Translations under genes and position numbers: made by a program
Origin: Pseudomonadota bacterium
GTDB lineage: Bacteria; Myxococcota_A; UBA796; SXON01
Assembly (NCBI GenBank): GCA_005776735.1
Contig: SXOM01000414.1
Span: forward strand, 1 to 33,892
Length of the DNA stretch: 33,892 bases
Direction: 5' to 3'
The notes under the pieces: generated by a model
Databases searched by the model: none
What the model was told of the DNA's origin: nothing
Seen by the model: only the letters and a program-made list of their open reading frames with translations
Part shown: in pieces, positions 1 to 8,079 of the stretch
Layout: every line of letters starts with the position of its first letter
Numbering within the stretch: position 1 is the stretch's first letter

Positions 1-854
1 CCACCGGCCGAGTCACCCTCGACCAGGTAGATCTCGGCGTCCTCGGCCTTGCGCGTCTGGCAGTCGGCCAGCTTGCCCGGCAGCCCGCCGCCGCCCATCG
101 CGCTCTTGCGCACCAGGTCGCGCTGCTTGCGCGCCGCCTCGCGCGCGCGCATCGCCAGCAGCGCCTTGTTGACGATCGATTTCGCCTCGCCCGGGTGCTC
201 CTCGAGGAAGGCGCCGAGCTGCTCGTTGACGACGGTCTGGACCGCGCCCTCGACCTCCGCGTTGCCGAGCTTCACCTTCGTCTGGCTCTCGAACAGCGGG
301 TCGGGCACCAGCACCGAGATGACCGCGGCGAGCCCCTCGCGGAAGTCCTCGCCCGCCGGCGGCGCCTCGTTGTCCTTGATCAGCCCCGCCTTCTTGGCGT
401 AGGCGTTCAGCGTGCGCGTCAGCGCGCTGTGGAAGCCCGACAGGTGGGTGCCACCCTCGTGCGTGTTGATGTTGTTGGCGAAGCAGTAGACGTCTTCGTG
501 GAAGCCGTCGTTGTACTGCATCGCGACGTCGATCTGCAGCGTCTCGACCCCCTTCGAGCGCACGACCTCCACCTCCTTCTGCAGGTGGATCACGGTGGAG
601 TGGATCGGCGTCTTGTTCTGGTTCAGGTTCTCGACGAAGGTCGCGATGCCCTTCTCGAAACGGAAGGTCTCCTCGTAGCCGACCCGTTCGTCGGCCAGCG
701 TGATGGTGAGTCCACGCAGGCCGAGCAGGTAGGCGAGCTCGCGCAGCCGCTTGGCGAGCGTCTCGTGGCTGAACGTCGTCTCCTGGAAGATCGTCGCGTC
801 GGGCTTGAAGGTGACCTTGGTGCCGCGCTTGCTCGTCGCGCCGAGCAGCTTCAC
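1..854 (-). other. gyrB: GyrB-homologous segment of the ORF above, equivalent to roughly E. coli GyrB residues 200-430 (end of the GHKL fold, transducer domain with QTK loop, first Toprim motif EGDSAGG)
   Basis: The translated sequence aligns motif by motif with E. coli GyrB as I recall it: GTMVRFWPS / LAKRLRELSFLN / LNKNKTPIH / QTK / LPGKLADCQ / ELYLVEGDSAGG. Confidence 0.85.
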
Positions 855-1985
855 CGCCGTGGCGGTGACCGGGGCGACCGGCGCGGGCGTGGCGCCGGGA
901 CCGAGCCCGAACCACACCGCGGGGACGATGATCGCGGCCGCCACCCCGCCCGCCAGCAAGAGCGCCACGGGCGCGGCCACCAGCGCCGTCATCCCCCCTC
1001 CCGATCGGGCCGGCGCGGGCCGGGTGACCGGGAGCACCCCCGATCGTTCGAAGAGCATCGTTCCGGTGCGGTCCCCTTGCACCTGGCCCCGCCGCTCCTC
1101 TTGCAGGCGGAGCCCCGCCGGCACCACGCGCTCGGCCCACTCGTCCAGCGAGTCGCCGGGAAGCGAGGCGCGGATCGTGGCCGCGACGCGCGCCGTCTCG
1201 CGGGCCGTCGGCCGGTCGGCGACATTGGTGGCGAGCATCTGCGCGACGAGGTCGTGCAGCGGTTGGGAGATCTCGAGCAGCCACCCCCACTGGGCGCGGA
1301 GCTTGTCGCCGGGCGGGTTGCGGTCGGCGTCCATCGCCGACTTTCCCGGCTTCACCGCGGTGAGCATCTCGAAGAGGGTCACGCCGAGGGCGTACACGTC
1401 GCCCGAGTGGGTGTCCTCGCCGTAGAACCGCTCGGGCGCCATGTAGGGCACCGTGCCGAACGCGGCTTCCTGGGTGTGCTCCTCGCGCCCTTGGAGCTCG
1501 GCCCGCGCCACACCGAAGTCGAGGATCTTCACCTCGCCCTGCGGCGTGAGGCGGATGTTCGACGGCTTGATGTCCCGGTGGATGAGCCGCAGCGGCGAGC
1601 CCGTGGGCCCATTCTGGTGGTACGCCGCGTGCAGCGCGCTGGCCACCTCCTCGACGATGGCGAGGGCCACGACCGGCGGGATGGCGCCGAGCTTCAAGAG
1701 CTCGGCCAGGTCGCACCCCTCGACGTACTCCATCACCACGGCCCAGGTGCCGTCGAGCTCCATGAGGTCGTCGACACGCACGATCGCCCGGTGCCGCAGC
1801 GCCGCCAGCATCCTCGCTTCGTCGCGCAACCGACCGACGAGCCCCGGCGTGGCCGCCTTCTCCGGACGCAGGAGCTTGATGGCGACCTGGCGCTGCAGCC
1901 CCGACCCGACCGTGTCGGCAAGGTACACCGCACCGAACGCGCCCTGCCCGAGCAGCGCCGCGACCCGATAGCTCCTGCCGGTCAC
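1..1985 (-). CDS. Chimeric ORF whose 3' end runs off the window: Hanks-type Ser/Thr protein kinase plus one TM helix, fused in frame to the GyrB transducer/Toprim region (no GHKL ATPase domain)
   Basis: My own minus-strand translation from GTG at 1985 gives GRSYRVAALLGQGAFGAVY..VAIKLL..HRDIKPSN (1557-1580)..DFG..APE. ATG at 992 opens MTALVAAPVALLLAGGVAAAIIVPAVWFGL, a hydrophobic helix. From about 854 downward the sequence is GyrB: GTKVTFKPD..LAKRLRELAYL..LNQNKTPIH..NNINTHEGGTH..ESQTKVKLGN..LPGKLADCQ..EIYLVEGDSAGG. All anchors share one frame. No complete ORF in this frame is listed in the supplied track, so there is no stop before position 1. Confidence 0.8.
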   Translation of the reverse strand, partial: MTGRSYRVAALLGQGAFGAVYLADTVGSGLQRQVAIKLLRPEKAATPGLVGRLRDEARMLAALRHRAIVRVDDLMELDGTWAVVMEYVEGCDLAELLKLGAIPPVVALAIVEEVASALHAAYHQNGPTGSPLRLIHRDIKPSNIRLTPQGEVKILDFGVARAELQGREEHTQEAAFGTVPYMAPERFYGEDTHSGDVYALGVTLFEMLTAVKPGKSAMDADRNPPGDKLRAQWGWLLEISQPLHDLVAQMLATNVADRPTARETARVAATIRASLPGDSLDEWAERVVPAGLRLQEERRGQVQGDRTGTMLFERSGVLPVTRPAPARSGGGMTALVAAPVALLLAGGVAAAIIVPAVWFGLGPGATPAPVAPVTATAVKLLGATSKRGTKVTFKPDATIFQETTFSHETLAKRLRELAYLLGLRGLTITLADERVGYEETFRFEKGIATFVENLNQNKTPIHSTVIHLQKEVEVVRSKGVETLQIDVAMQYNDGFHEDVYCFANNINTHEGGTHLSGFHSALTRTLNAYAKKAGLIKDNEAPPAGEDFREGLAAVISVLVPDPLFESQTKVKLGNAEVEGAVQTVVNEQLGAFLEEHPGEAKSIVNKALLAMRAREAARKQRDLVRKSAMGGGGLPGKLADCQTRKAEDAEIYLVEGDSAG

Positions 1986-2055
1986 CTGCCGCCCCGCAAA
2001 GCCCTGCCCCCGAAGATGCTCGTCAATCTATCATGCTTCGGGCCGTGGGCGCCGC

Positions 2056-2985
2056 TCAACCGACCAGGGACAATCGTCCTGCCCGAAGCGCGGCCCGATG
2101 CGACCCGTCGATCGGGCGCCACTGTACGCTCGCGTCGGGCTCGACCAGGGCCACGCCGCGCAGAACACTCGCCACCCGGGCCGCGACCTCGCGCTCCCGC
2201 GCCGCCGGGAACCGGCCCGCGAAGGCGAGCACACCATCGTCGGCCCCGGCCACCGGCAAGCCGGCGAAGACGAAGAGGCCCTCCTCGGCGGCGCGCAGCA
2301 CCACTTCGGCGTCGGCCTCGGTCGGGACGTCGGTGACGACGATGGCGTCGGCGTCCTGCCGCATCGCGGCGCTCAGCCCTTCGTGGATGGTCGCGACGTC
2401 GGTGCCCACCTCGCGTTGGCTCACGCTCGCGCGGGCGTCGCGGTGAAGCCAGTCGATCGGGTCCTCGATGCTGACGAGCCGCCCCCAGTGGTGTTCGTTG
2501 AACTCGCGAACGATGGCCGCGAGCGCGGCCCGACGTTGACGGCCGCCCCCGACGAGGAAGAGCCCGGGCGGCCCGGAGAACGCAGCCCCCACGACGTCGA
2601 GCCCGGGGAAGTCGACCATCCGCGGCGCCTCGAGCTGCACCCGGTGGACGACGATCTCGTAGGAACCCCGCTGGCGAGCGACCTGGGCCCGGAACCGGCC
2701 CACCCCCTCGACGGAGAACGCCACGCGGGCATCGCGCAGGACCCCATCGGACGGGGGTTCACCCGCGAGCTCCAGGACCGCCTGGGCAAAGCCGGACGTG
2801 TGCACGGGCAGCAGCCGCTCGTGCGGCATCGGGACGAGCGCCCCGTCCACGCGAACCTGCGGCCGACCCGGCACCTTGATGTGGAGGTCCGACGCACCAG
2901 CCTGCGCCATCTCCTCGATCAGGCGCGTCAGTCCACGGGCGTCGGGCGAGAGCGCCGGTGCTCGCGGAAAATTCGGAGTGCGCAT
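2056..2985 (-). CDS. PilT-family (type IV pilus retraction ATPase-like) protein with degenerate Walker A, Walker B and His box
   Basis: The ORF 2056..3015 contains GASDLHIKV, FSVEGVGRFRAQV, IEDPID and SQREVG, which are colinear with PilT. The Walker A position reads GGGRQRRAA. I chose the start at ATG 2985 because GGGAGG lies 9 nt upstream on the minus strand. GTG 3015 is an alternative start. Confidence 0.8.
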   Translation of the reverse strand: MRTPNFPRAPALSPDARGLTRLIEEMAQAGASDLHIKVPGRPQVRVDGALVPMPHERLLPVHTSGFAQAVLELAGEPPSDGVLRDARVAFSVEGVGRFRAQVARQRGSYEIVVHRVQLEAPRMVDFPGLDVVGAAFSGPPGLFLVGGGRQRRAALAAIVREFNEHHWGRLVSIEDPIDWLHRDARASVSQREVGTDVATIHEGLSAAMRQDADAIVVTDVPTEADAEVVLRAAEEGLFVFAGLPVAGADDGVLAFAGRFPAAREREVAARVASVLRGVALVEPDASVQWRPIDGSHRAALRAGRLSLVG

Positions 2986-3088
2986 CGAAGAAACCCTCCC
3001 CCTGCTGATCGGCACACCGTGGCCGGATCATGAGGGGAATGCACTCCGGGGGGGGGCCGCGGCGAGCGCCGCGACCCCGGGCCGACGA

Positions 3089-3487
3089 TCAGCGCTTGCT
3101 GAACTGGAAGCGACGGCGGGCGCCGGCGCGACCGTACTTCTTGCGCTCGACCTTGCGGCCGTCGCGGGTGAGGAACCCGGCCTTGCGCATGTCGCCGCGC
3201 AGGTTGGGGTTCGCCGCCACGAGCGCGCGGGCGAGGCCCATGCGGATCGCCTCGGCCTGGCCGGACTTGCCGCCGCCGTGGACGTTCACGATGACGTCCC
3301 AGTCGGGCTGCTGCGAGACGACCAGGGGCTGGCGCACCACCATCTCCAGCACGGCGCGGTGGAGGTACTCCCCCGCCTCGCGAGCGTTGACGGTGACCTT
3401 GCCGGAGCCAGGACGAAGGAAGATGCGCGCGGTCGCCGTCTTACGGCGGCCGGTGGCGCAGAACTGGACGAGCTGCTTGGAGGCCAT
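3089..3487 (-). CDS. rpsI: 30S ribosomal protein S9
   Basis: [23 protein letters not shown]...[19 protein letters not shown]...[18 protein letters not shown] is canonical S9. The listed ORF 3089..4078 is an upstream over-extension. The ATG at 3487 shares one nt with the rplM stop (TGATG). Confidence 0.97.
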   Translation of the reverse strand: MASKQLVQFCATGRRKTATARIFLRPGSGKVTVNAREAGEYLHRAVLEMVVRQPLVVSQQPDWDVIVNVHGGGKSGQAEAIRMGLARALVAANPNLRGDMRKAGFLTRDGRKVERKKYGRAGARRRFQFSKR

Positions 3488-3939
3488 CAGACGTACTCGG
3501 GGAAGGGCTTGGGCTGCTGGGCGGCGTGCGGGTGCTGAGCGCCCGCGTAGACCTTGAGCTTGGTCATCATCTGCCGGCCGAGGCGGTTGCGGGGCACCAT
3601 GCCCTGAACGGCCGCGGTGATGACGCGCTCCGGGTGGTCCTGGAGCTGCTTGCGCGCGGTGACGGAGGTGAGGCCGCCCGGGTGCCCAGAGTAGTGGTGA
3701 TACTGCTTCTGATCGAGCTTCTTGCCCGACAGCGCGATCTTCTCGGCGTTGACGACCACCACGAAGTCGCCCGTGTCGGTGTGAGGGGTGTACGCCGGCT
3801 TGTGCTTGCCCTGCAGCACCTGCGAGATGCGAGAGGCGAGGCGGCCCAACGTCTGCCCGGCGGCGTCCACGACGAACCAGTCGTGCGTAGCCTCCTGCGG
3901 CGAAGTGGAGTGCGTGGTCCAGGTATGATGCGCGTGCAT
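3487..3939 (-). CDS. rplM: 50S ribosomal protein L13
   Basis: The 150 aa ORF contains [53 protein letters not shown], a typical L13 sequence. Confidence 0.97.
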   Translation of the reverse strand: MHAHHTWTTHSTSPQEATHDWFVVDAAGQTLGRLASRISQVLQGKHKPAYTPHTDTGDFVVVVNAEKIALSGKKLDQKQYHHYSGHPGGLTSVTARKQLQDHPERVITAAVQGMVPRNRLGRQMMTKLKVYAGAQHPHAAQQPKPFPEYV

Positions 3940-3983
3940 GGAATTCCCGACAGAGGGGGAGAGTACCCCGAAGCCCGCGGCGG

Positions 3984-5294
3984 TTATCTGAGAGCAGGCG
4001 GTCCGTCAAGGAGAGATCCCCCCGCCCGTACACGCGCCAGGCCGCGAAGCGTGGGGTGGTCCTCCTGCAGCTCGGCAATTCGTTCGGCGCGCTCCGCCGC
4101 GGGGAGGGCCTGCGCTTCGCGCCAACGTTCGCCCACCTCGTCCGAAGCGGCGCTGGGCGCGAGGTCGGCGCGGGCCGCCAGGTCGGCCCACGTCCACGGC
4201 ACCAGGGCGCGCCATGGGGCCTCCCTGCGGCCGCCGTGGGCGGTCAACCGCACATGGTCGGGGTCGAGCGCGGCGAGCCGCGCCCGGGCCGGCCCGAGGT
4301 CGAGGCCGCGCTCCAGGCGGATGCCGAGATCGGCGCGCAGGAGCACCTCCGAAGTGGGCGAGGCGGCCAGGTCGGTCGCGAGCAGGTCCGGGATGCCCTC
4401 GAGCCGCGCGCGCAAGACCCGCGCCTCGATGAGCTCGATCCCCGCGAGCTCCTCGCGAGCCGACACGTCGCCGGCCAGCGCCCGGAGCATCGTCGCCTCG
4501 GGGCTCGCGTCGAGCCCCTCGAGCGAAGGCGGCACGCCCCGGAGCACCGCACCCCAGCCGCGGTGCAAGGCCGCCGGCGGCACCGGCTCGGCGAGCCGGG
4601 ACTCGGCGTCGGGACCGGGCCGCTCCTGCACGAGGATCGCCCCCGCATGCACGGTGAGGCCGAGCCGTTCGTAGGCGGCCACCGCCTCGTCCACCCGGCC
4701 CGCCTCGTCGAGCGCCTGGGCGCGCAAGCGGCCTACCGCAGGGGTGTGCACCTCGGAACAGTGGCCGGCCGCCTCCTCGAGCTCCCCGCGCTCGATCGCG
4801 TCGCGCACCAGGACCGCACAGGCGAACGGGTCGGTCGGGTCCGCCCGCAGCACCTCCTCGGCCGTGCGCACCACCACGGCCTGATCGTCGCCACGGAGCG
4901 CCACACGCAGCCGCGCGCCCGGACCGAGCCGCCCCAGATCGACCGGGCGCGCCTGGGCCGCGTCCCACTCCCCGACGGCGTCGGCCCAGCCTTCGCGCCC
5001 GCGGCCCCACGTCGCCAACCGCTCCGCGTCGACGACCGGCAGGCAGTTGGGGTCGCGCGCAGCGACGACGAGCAGCGTGCTCCACTCCGCCTCCGCCGAA
5101 TCCGCCGCCAACCGGGCACGCAACGCACGGCAGGCTTCGCCGTCGCGCCCTTCGCGCAGCGCCACCGCGGCCTCGACCCGCGAGGCGGGCGCCCCCGCGA
5201 ACGTGAGCACCAACGCCGCGCGCGGGTCTTCAGGGCCACGCGCACACCCGACCAGCCCCGCGAACGCGACTCCCAGGCCGGCGCGCAGGCTCAC
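3984..5294 (-). CDS. Hypothetical Ala/Arg/Leu-rich helical-repeat (TPR-like?) lipoprotein
   Basis: This is in the frame of ORF 3984..5585. GTG at 5294 overlaps the upstream stop (GTGA) and opens [20 protein letters not shown], which has the lipobox LVGC. I recognise no family. The other frames here are R/G/P junk. Confidence 0.55.
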   Translation of the reverse strand: MSLRAGLGVAFAGLVGCARGPEDPRAALVLTFAGAPASRVEAAVALREGRDGEACRALRARLAADSAEAEWSTLLVVAARDPNCLPVVDAERLATWGRGREGWADAVGEWDAAQARPVDLGRLGPGARLRVALRGDDQAVVVRTAEEVLRADPTDPFACAVLVRDAIERGELEEAAGHCSEVHTPAVGRLRAQALDEAGRVDEAVAAYERLGLTVHAGAILVQERPGPDAESRLAEPVPPAALHRGWGAVLRGVPPSLEGLDASPEATMLRALAGDVSAREELAGIELIEARVLRARLEGIPDLLATDLAASPTSEVLLRADLGIRLERGLDLGPARARLAALDPDHVRLTAHGGRREAPWRALVPWTWADLAARADLAPSAASDEVGERWREAQALPAAERAERIAELQEDHPTLRGLARVRAGGSLLDGPPALR

Positions 5295-6721
5295 TCCCCC
5301 GCCGGCGCCTCGGCCTCGACCCACCGGCTGGGGGTGCCGAGGGTCCGCCCGGCGCAGAACAGGTCGCTCGACCCGAACCGCCCGTCGGCCCACACGGTGA
5401 GGACCACGCCGTTGCGGACGTAGAAGTTGGCGTCGACCGCGTAGGAGGTGGCGTTCTGGGTGCTGTTCACGCGGATGTCGGCCGTCTGCCAGTTGGCGCC
5501 GGCGTTGACCGTGTAATTGTAGTACAGGTCGTTGAAGCCGATGCCCTCGATGTCGTCGCGGTAGTCCTGCCAGAGGATCGCCCACGTGTCGTCGGCCAGC
5601 GCGATGCGCGGGTAGTAGCTCTGCGCTTCGCCCGGGTCGTCGGCCTCGACCCGAAGCTCCTCGGCCTCGGCCCAGTCGCTCCCCGCGTTCTCCGACCAGC
5701 GGAGGAAGATGTCGTAGCCGCCCGACCGGTTGTCCTGGAACGCGACGAGCACCTGGTCGCCCTGCGCCGCCACCGCCGGGTACCGGGAGTCGGCGATGCC
5801 CTCGGCGTCGCTCTCGACCCGGAGCGCTTCGTCCCGCCAGCCGTCGCCCGAGCTGTGGCTGTAGTTCAGCAAGATGTCGTTGTTCTCGCCGTACCGGTCG
5901 TCCTGCCAGACCACGTAGGCGTTGGGCGCCGCGAGCACGAGCTGGAGCTGGCCGCTCTCCGACGCGCCCGGATCGTCGCCCCCGTCGACGCGCCGGTCGT
6001 CGGCGCCGAAGGTCTTGCCCGAGTCGGTGGAGTTGTTGACGTAGATGTCCGTCTTTCCGTTACGACGATCCTCCCACGCGACCACGACGTTGCCGTCGGC
6101 GTCGCCGGCGACGACCGGGTTGGACGAGAAGGCGGCGCCCGCTTCGTCGGTGTCGACCCGCTCCGGGCTCGACCACTCCTCGCCGCCGTTCACCGTGCGC
6201 ACCGCGTAGATGTCGTACGCGCCGCTGACCTGGTCGGACCAGACCACCCACGCCGCGTCGCCCGCCGCCGCGACCGTGGGCGCGATGCTGATGAAGCTGC
6301 CCTCGACGTCGTTGTCGAGCGCGACGTCCTCCTTCTGCCAGTGGCGGCCGGCGTCGTCGGACCAGTTGACGTAGATGTTCTCGTAGCCGAGCTCGCCGTC
6401 GCGCTTGTCCTCCCACACCACGTACACGTGGTCGCCCGCGCAGGCGATGGCCGGGTTGGCCGTGGCCGCCTCGCCGTGGCTCAACAGCGTGTCCTGCTGG
6501 AGGAACGTGACGCCCCCGTCGGCCGACATGTTGAACCAGACCTGGGGCTCGCCCTCGCGATCGTCGGTCCACACCACGAAGACCTTGCCCGATTCGTTCA
6601 CGCACGACTGCGGCGCCACCGACTCCACCTTGTTCTTGGCGTGATCCACCCGGACGTCGGTGGTGCCCTCGTCGACGGCTTCCGTCGCACATCCGAGCAC
6701 ACCCAGGAGCAACGTGAACAT
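5291..6721 (-). CDS. BNR/Asp-box repeat (sialidase-like beta-propeller) lipoprotein
   Basis: The internal ATG at 6721 is preceded by GGAGG and opens [14 protein letters not shown] (lipobox). There are 7-8 repeats of the pattern vyVVWeDdR.G..diy...S.D.G..W, for example [32 protein letters not shown]. Confidence 0.85.
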   Translation of the reverse strand: MFTLLLGVLGCATEAVDEGTTDVRVDHAKNKVESVAPQSCVNESGKVFVVWTDDREGEPQVWFNMSADGGVTFLQQDTLLSHGEAATANPAIACAGDHVYVVWEDKRDGELGYENIYVNWSDDAGRHWQKEDVALDNDVEGSFISIAPTVAAAGDAAWVVWSDQVSGAYDIYAVRTVNGGEEWSSPERVDTDEAGAAFSSNPVVAGDADGNVVVAWEDRRNGKTDIYVNNSTDSGKTFGADDRRVDGGDDPGASESGQLQLVLAAPNAYVVWQDDRYGENNDILLNYSHSSGDGWRDEALRVESDAEGIADSRYPAVAAQGDQVLVAFQDNRSGGYDIFLRWSENAGSDWAEAEELRVEADDPGEAQSYYPRIALADDTWAILWQDYRDDIEGIGFNDLYYNYTVNAGANWQTADIRVNSTQNATSYAVDANFYVRNGVVLTVWADGRFGSSDLFCAGRTLGTPSRWVEAEAPAGE

Positions 6722-6821
6722 GGCAGCCCTCCGCGAGGCGCCGCCGCCTAACTCACCGAGCCCACCTCGCCAGCTTGCGCTCCGCCGCGGTTGCGGTAAT
6801 AGGGCGGTCCGCGAGAGTACG

Positions 6822-7112
6822 ATGCAGGACAAGAGCAAGCTCGGCAAGCGCTACACCTGCTTCGAGTGCGGGTTGAAGTTCTACGACCTCAACCGCCCGG
6901 AGCCCCTCTGCCCCAAGTGCGGAGCCGACCAGCGCAACGATCCGAACCCCGATCCCCGCGACGCGATCCTGGCCAAGTACCGGGGCAAGGGCCGCGTGCG
7001 CGAGGAAGAGCTGGCCGAGGAAGAAGAGTCCGAAGAAGAGGTCGACGCCGAGGACGACGAGCTGTCCGACGACGACGAAGAAGAGGGCGAGGAGCCCGCC
7101 GAGGACGAGTAG
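6822..7112 (+). CDS. FYDLN_acid family zinc-ribbon protein with an acidic tail
   Basis: [34 protein letters not shown] is followed by a tail of about 45 aa rich in Glu/Asp. The pattern CxxC..KFYDLN..CxxC matches the family I recall as TIGR02300. Confidence 0.85.
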   Translation: MQDKSKLGKRYTCFECGLKFYDLNRPEPLCPKCGADQRNDPNPDPRDAILAKYRGKGRVREEELAEEEESEEEVDAEDDELSDDDEEEGEEPAEDE

Positions 7113-7118
7113 GGCCCT

Positions 7119-7136
7119 CCGGAGCCGAAGCTCCGG
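7119..7136 (+). terminator. Small GC hairpin just after the FYDLN_acid stop
   Basis: ccggagc-cgaa-gctccgg forms a 7 bp perfect stem starting 7 nt after the stop at 7112. There is no U tract. Confidence 0.35.
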
Positions 7137-7137
7137 G

Positions 7138-7186
7138 GCGACGCGCCGCGACCCGCCCGAAGCGGGCCGGGTCCGGCGCGCGTCGC
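7138..7186. repeat. REP-like GC-rich imperfect hairpin, copy 1 (core GCGCCGCGACC-CG-CCCGAAGCG)
   Basis: gcgacgcgccgcgacccgcccgaagcgggccgggtccggcgcgcgtcgc has outer arms gcgacgcgc/gcgcgtcgc that pair. The core is shared with 18934-18982 and 24106-24150. Confidence 0.6.
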
Positions 7187-7265
7187 GCTGCCGGGCGCGC
7201 AGCACCGTGCGGTCGTACGACCGCGCGCGGCGCACGCCAGCCTCGTTCGAGGTCCAGGCCGGTCG

Positions 7266-7295
7266 CGGTGCGCCGCCCCGAAGCGTGGTGCCCGT
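7266..7295. repeat. Partial or degenerate second copy of the same core (GGTGCGCCGC-CCCGAAGCG)
   Basis: cggtgcgccgccccgaagcgtggtgcccgtcgc lies in the same convergent intergenic region. Confidence 0.4.
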
Positions 7296-7299
7296 CGCC

Positions 7300-8079
7300 T
7301 CAGCGCGGTTCGTCGTCCCGGGACACGGGCACGTTCGCGCGCCGTTCGCGCACGAGCTTGCGCCGCCGCGCCGGGTAGCCGAGCACGAGCTCGAGCGGCC
7401 CGCTGAGCACCGCCACCGATCCGAACGTCACCAGGACGGTGGAGATGTCGTAGCGGATGCCCATGTAGACGAACGCACCGGCGACGATGACCACGCCGGC
7501 GAAGGTGGGCACGTTCTTGCGGAGCGACTTCATCGTCCGGTACGGGATGCTCGACACCATCAAGAGCGCCATCGCCGAGCACGCCAACAGGAGCTCCGAG
7601 GCGCCGAGTTCCAGCCCGCCGCCGCCGCCCGCCTGCCACATCACCAACGCCGCGAGCGTGCCCCCGGTGACCGTGATCGTGGACCCGGGCCCGAAGGTGT
7701 GCACCTTGCCGTCGGCCATGCAGTTGAACCGCGCCAGCCGGAACGAGCCGCACAACATGAAGAAGAACGCGCCGAACACCCCGACCGGCCCCAGCTCGTG
7801 CAGCCGCCAGAAGTAGGCCAGGAGCGCCGGGGCCACGCCGAAGCTCACCACGTCGATGAGCGAGTCGAGCTGCACGCCGAACGCGCTCCCGGTGCCGGTG
7901 AGCCGCGCGACGCGACCGTCGAGCCCGTCGAAGAGGCCGGCGTAGAAGACGAACAGGCCCGCCTGGTAGAACGCCGCCGGGTCGCCATTGGCGCCGCCCG
8001 CGAGCATGATGGCGTACAAGCCGCAGAAGAGGCTCGCCGCACTGAACCAGTTGGGCGGATTGAGGAACTGCCGGATCAT
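7300..8079 (-). CDS. pssA: CDP-diacylglycerol--serine O-phosphatidyltransferase
   Basis: The CDP-alcohol phosphatidyltransferase motif is present ([26 protein letters not shown]). The protein is 259 aa and polytopic and looks PssA-like overall. Its ATG overlaps the aspartate kinase stop (ATGA, 8076-8079). Confidence 0.88.
   Translation of the reverse strand: MIRQFLNPPNWFSAASLFCGLYAIMLAGGANGDPAAFYQAGLFVFYAGLFDGLDGRVARLTGTGSAFGVQLDSLIDVVSFGVAPALLAYFWRLHELGPVGVFGAFFFMLCGSFRLARFNCMADGKVHTFGPGSTITVTGGTLAALVMWQAGGGGGLELGASELLLACSAMALLMVSSIPYRTMKSLRKNVPTFAGVVIVAGAFVYMGIRYDISTVLVTFGSVAVLSGPLELVLGYPARRRKLVRERRANVPVSRDDEPR

Noticed and set aside
1-1985. The idea that kinase plus Toprim is a defence-type nuclease fusion (OLD/Toprim-like).
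   Set aside because: The C-terminal part is not a stand-alone Toprim. It matches housekeeping GyrB continuously from the end of the GHKL fold through the transducer domain, so a broken or rearranged gyrB is the simpler reading.
2066-2100. A partial match to the repeat core (cctgcccgaagcgcggcc) near the 3' end of the PilT-like gene.
   Set aside because: Only about 10 nt match. It lies inside coding sequence and has no flanking inverted repeat, so it is probably chance in GC-rich DNA.
3488-4078. The upstream 197 aa extension of the S9 ORF (3089..4078).
   Set aside because: It overlaps rplM in another frame and is Arg/Gly/Pro junk. S9 homology starts exactly at the ATG at 3487.
7245-7255. gttcgaggtcc, which resembles a tRNA T-loop (GGTTCGAnTCC).
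   Set aside because: The flanking bases do not form a T stem, and no acceptor or anticodon arms can be drawn. It lies within hairpin-rich terminator DNA.
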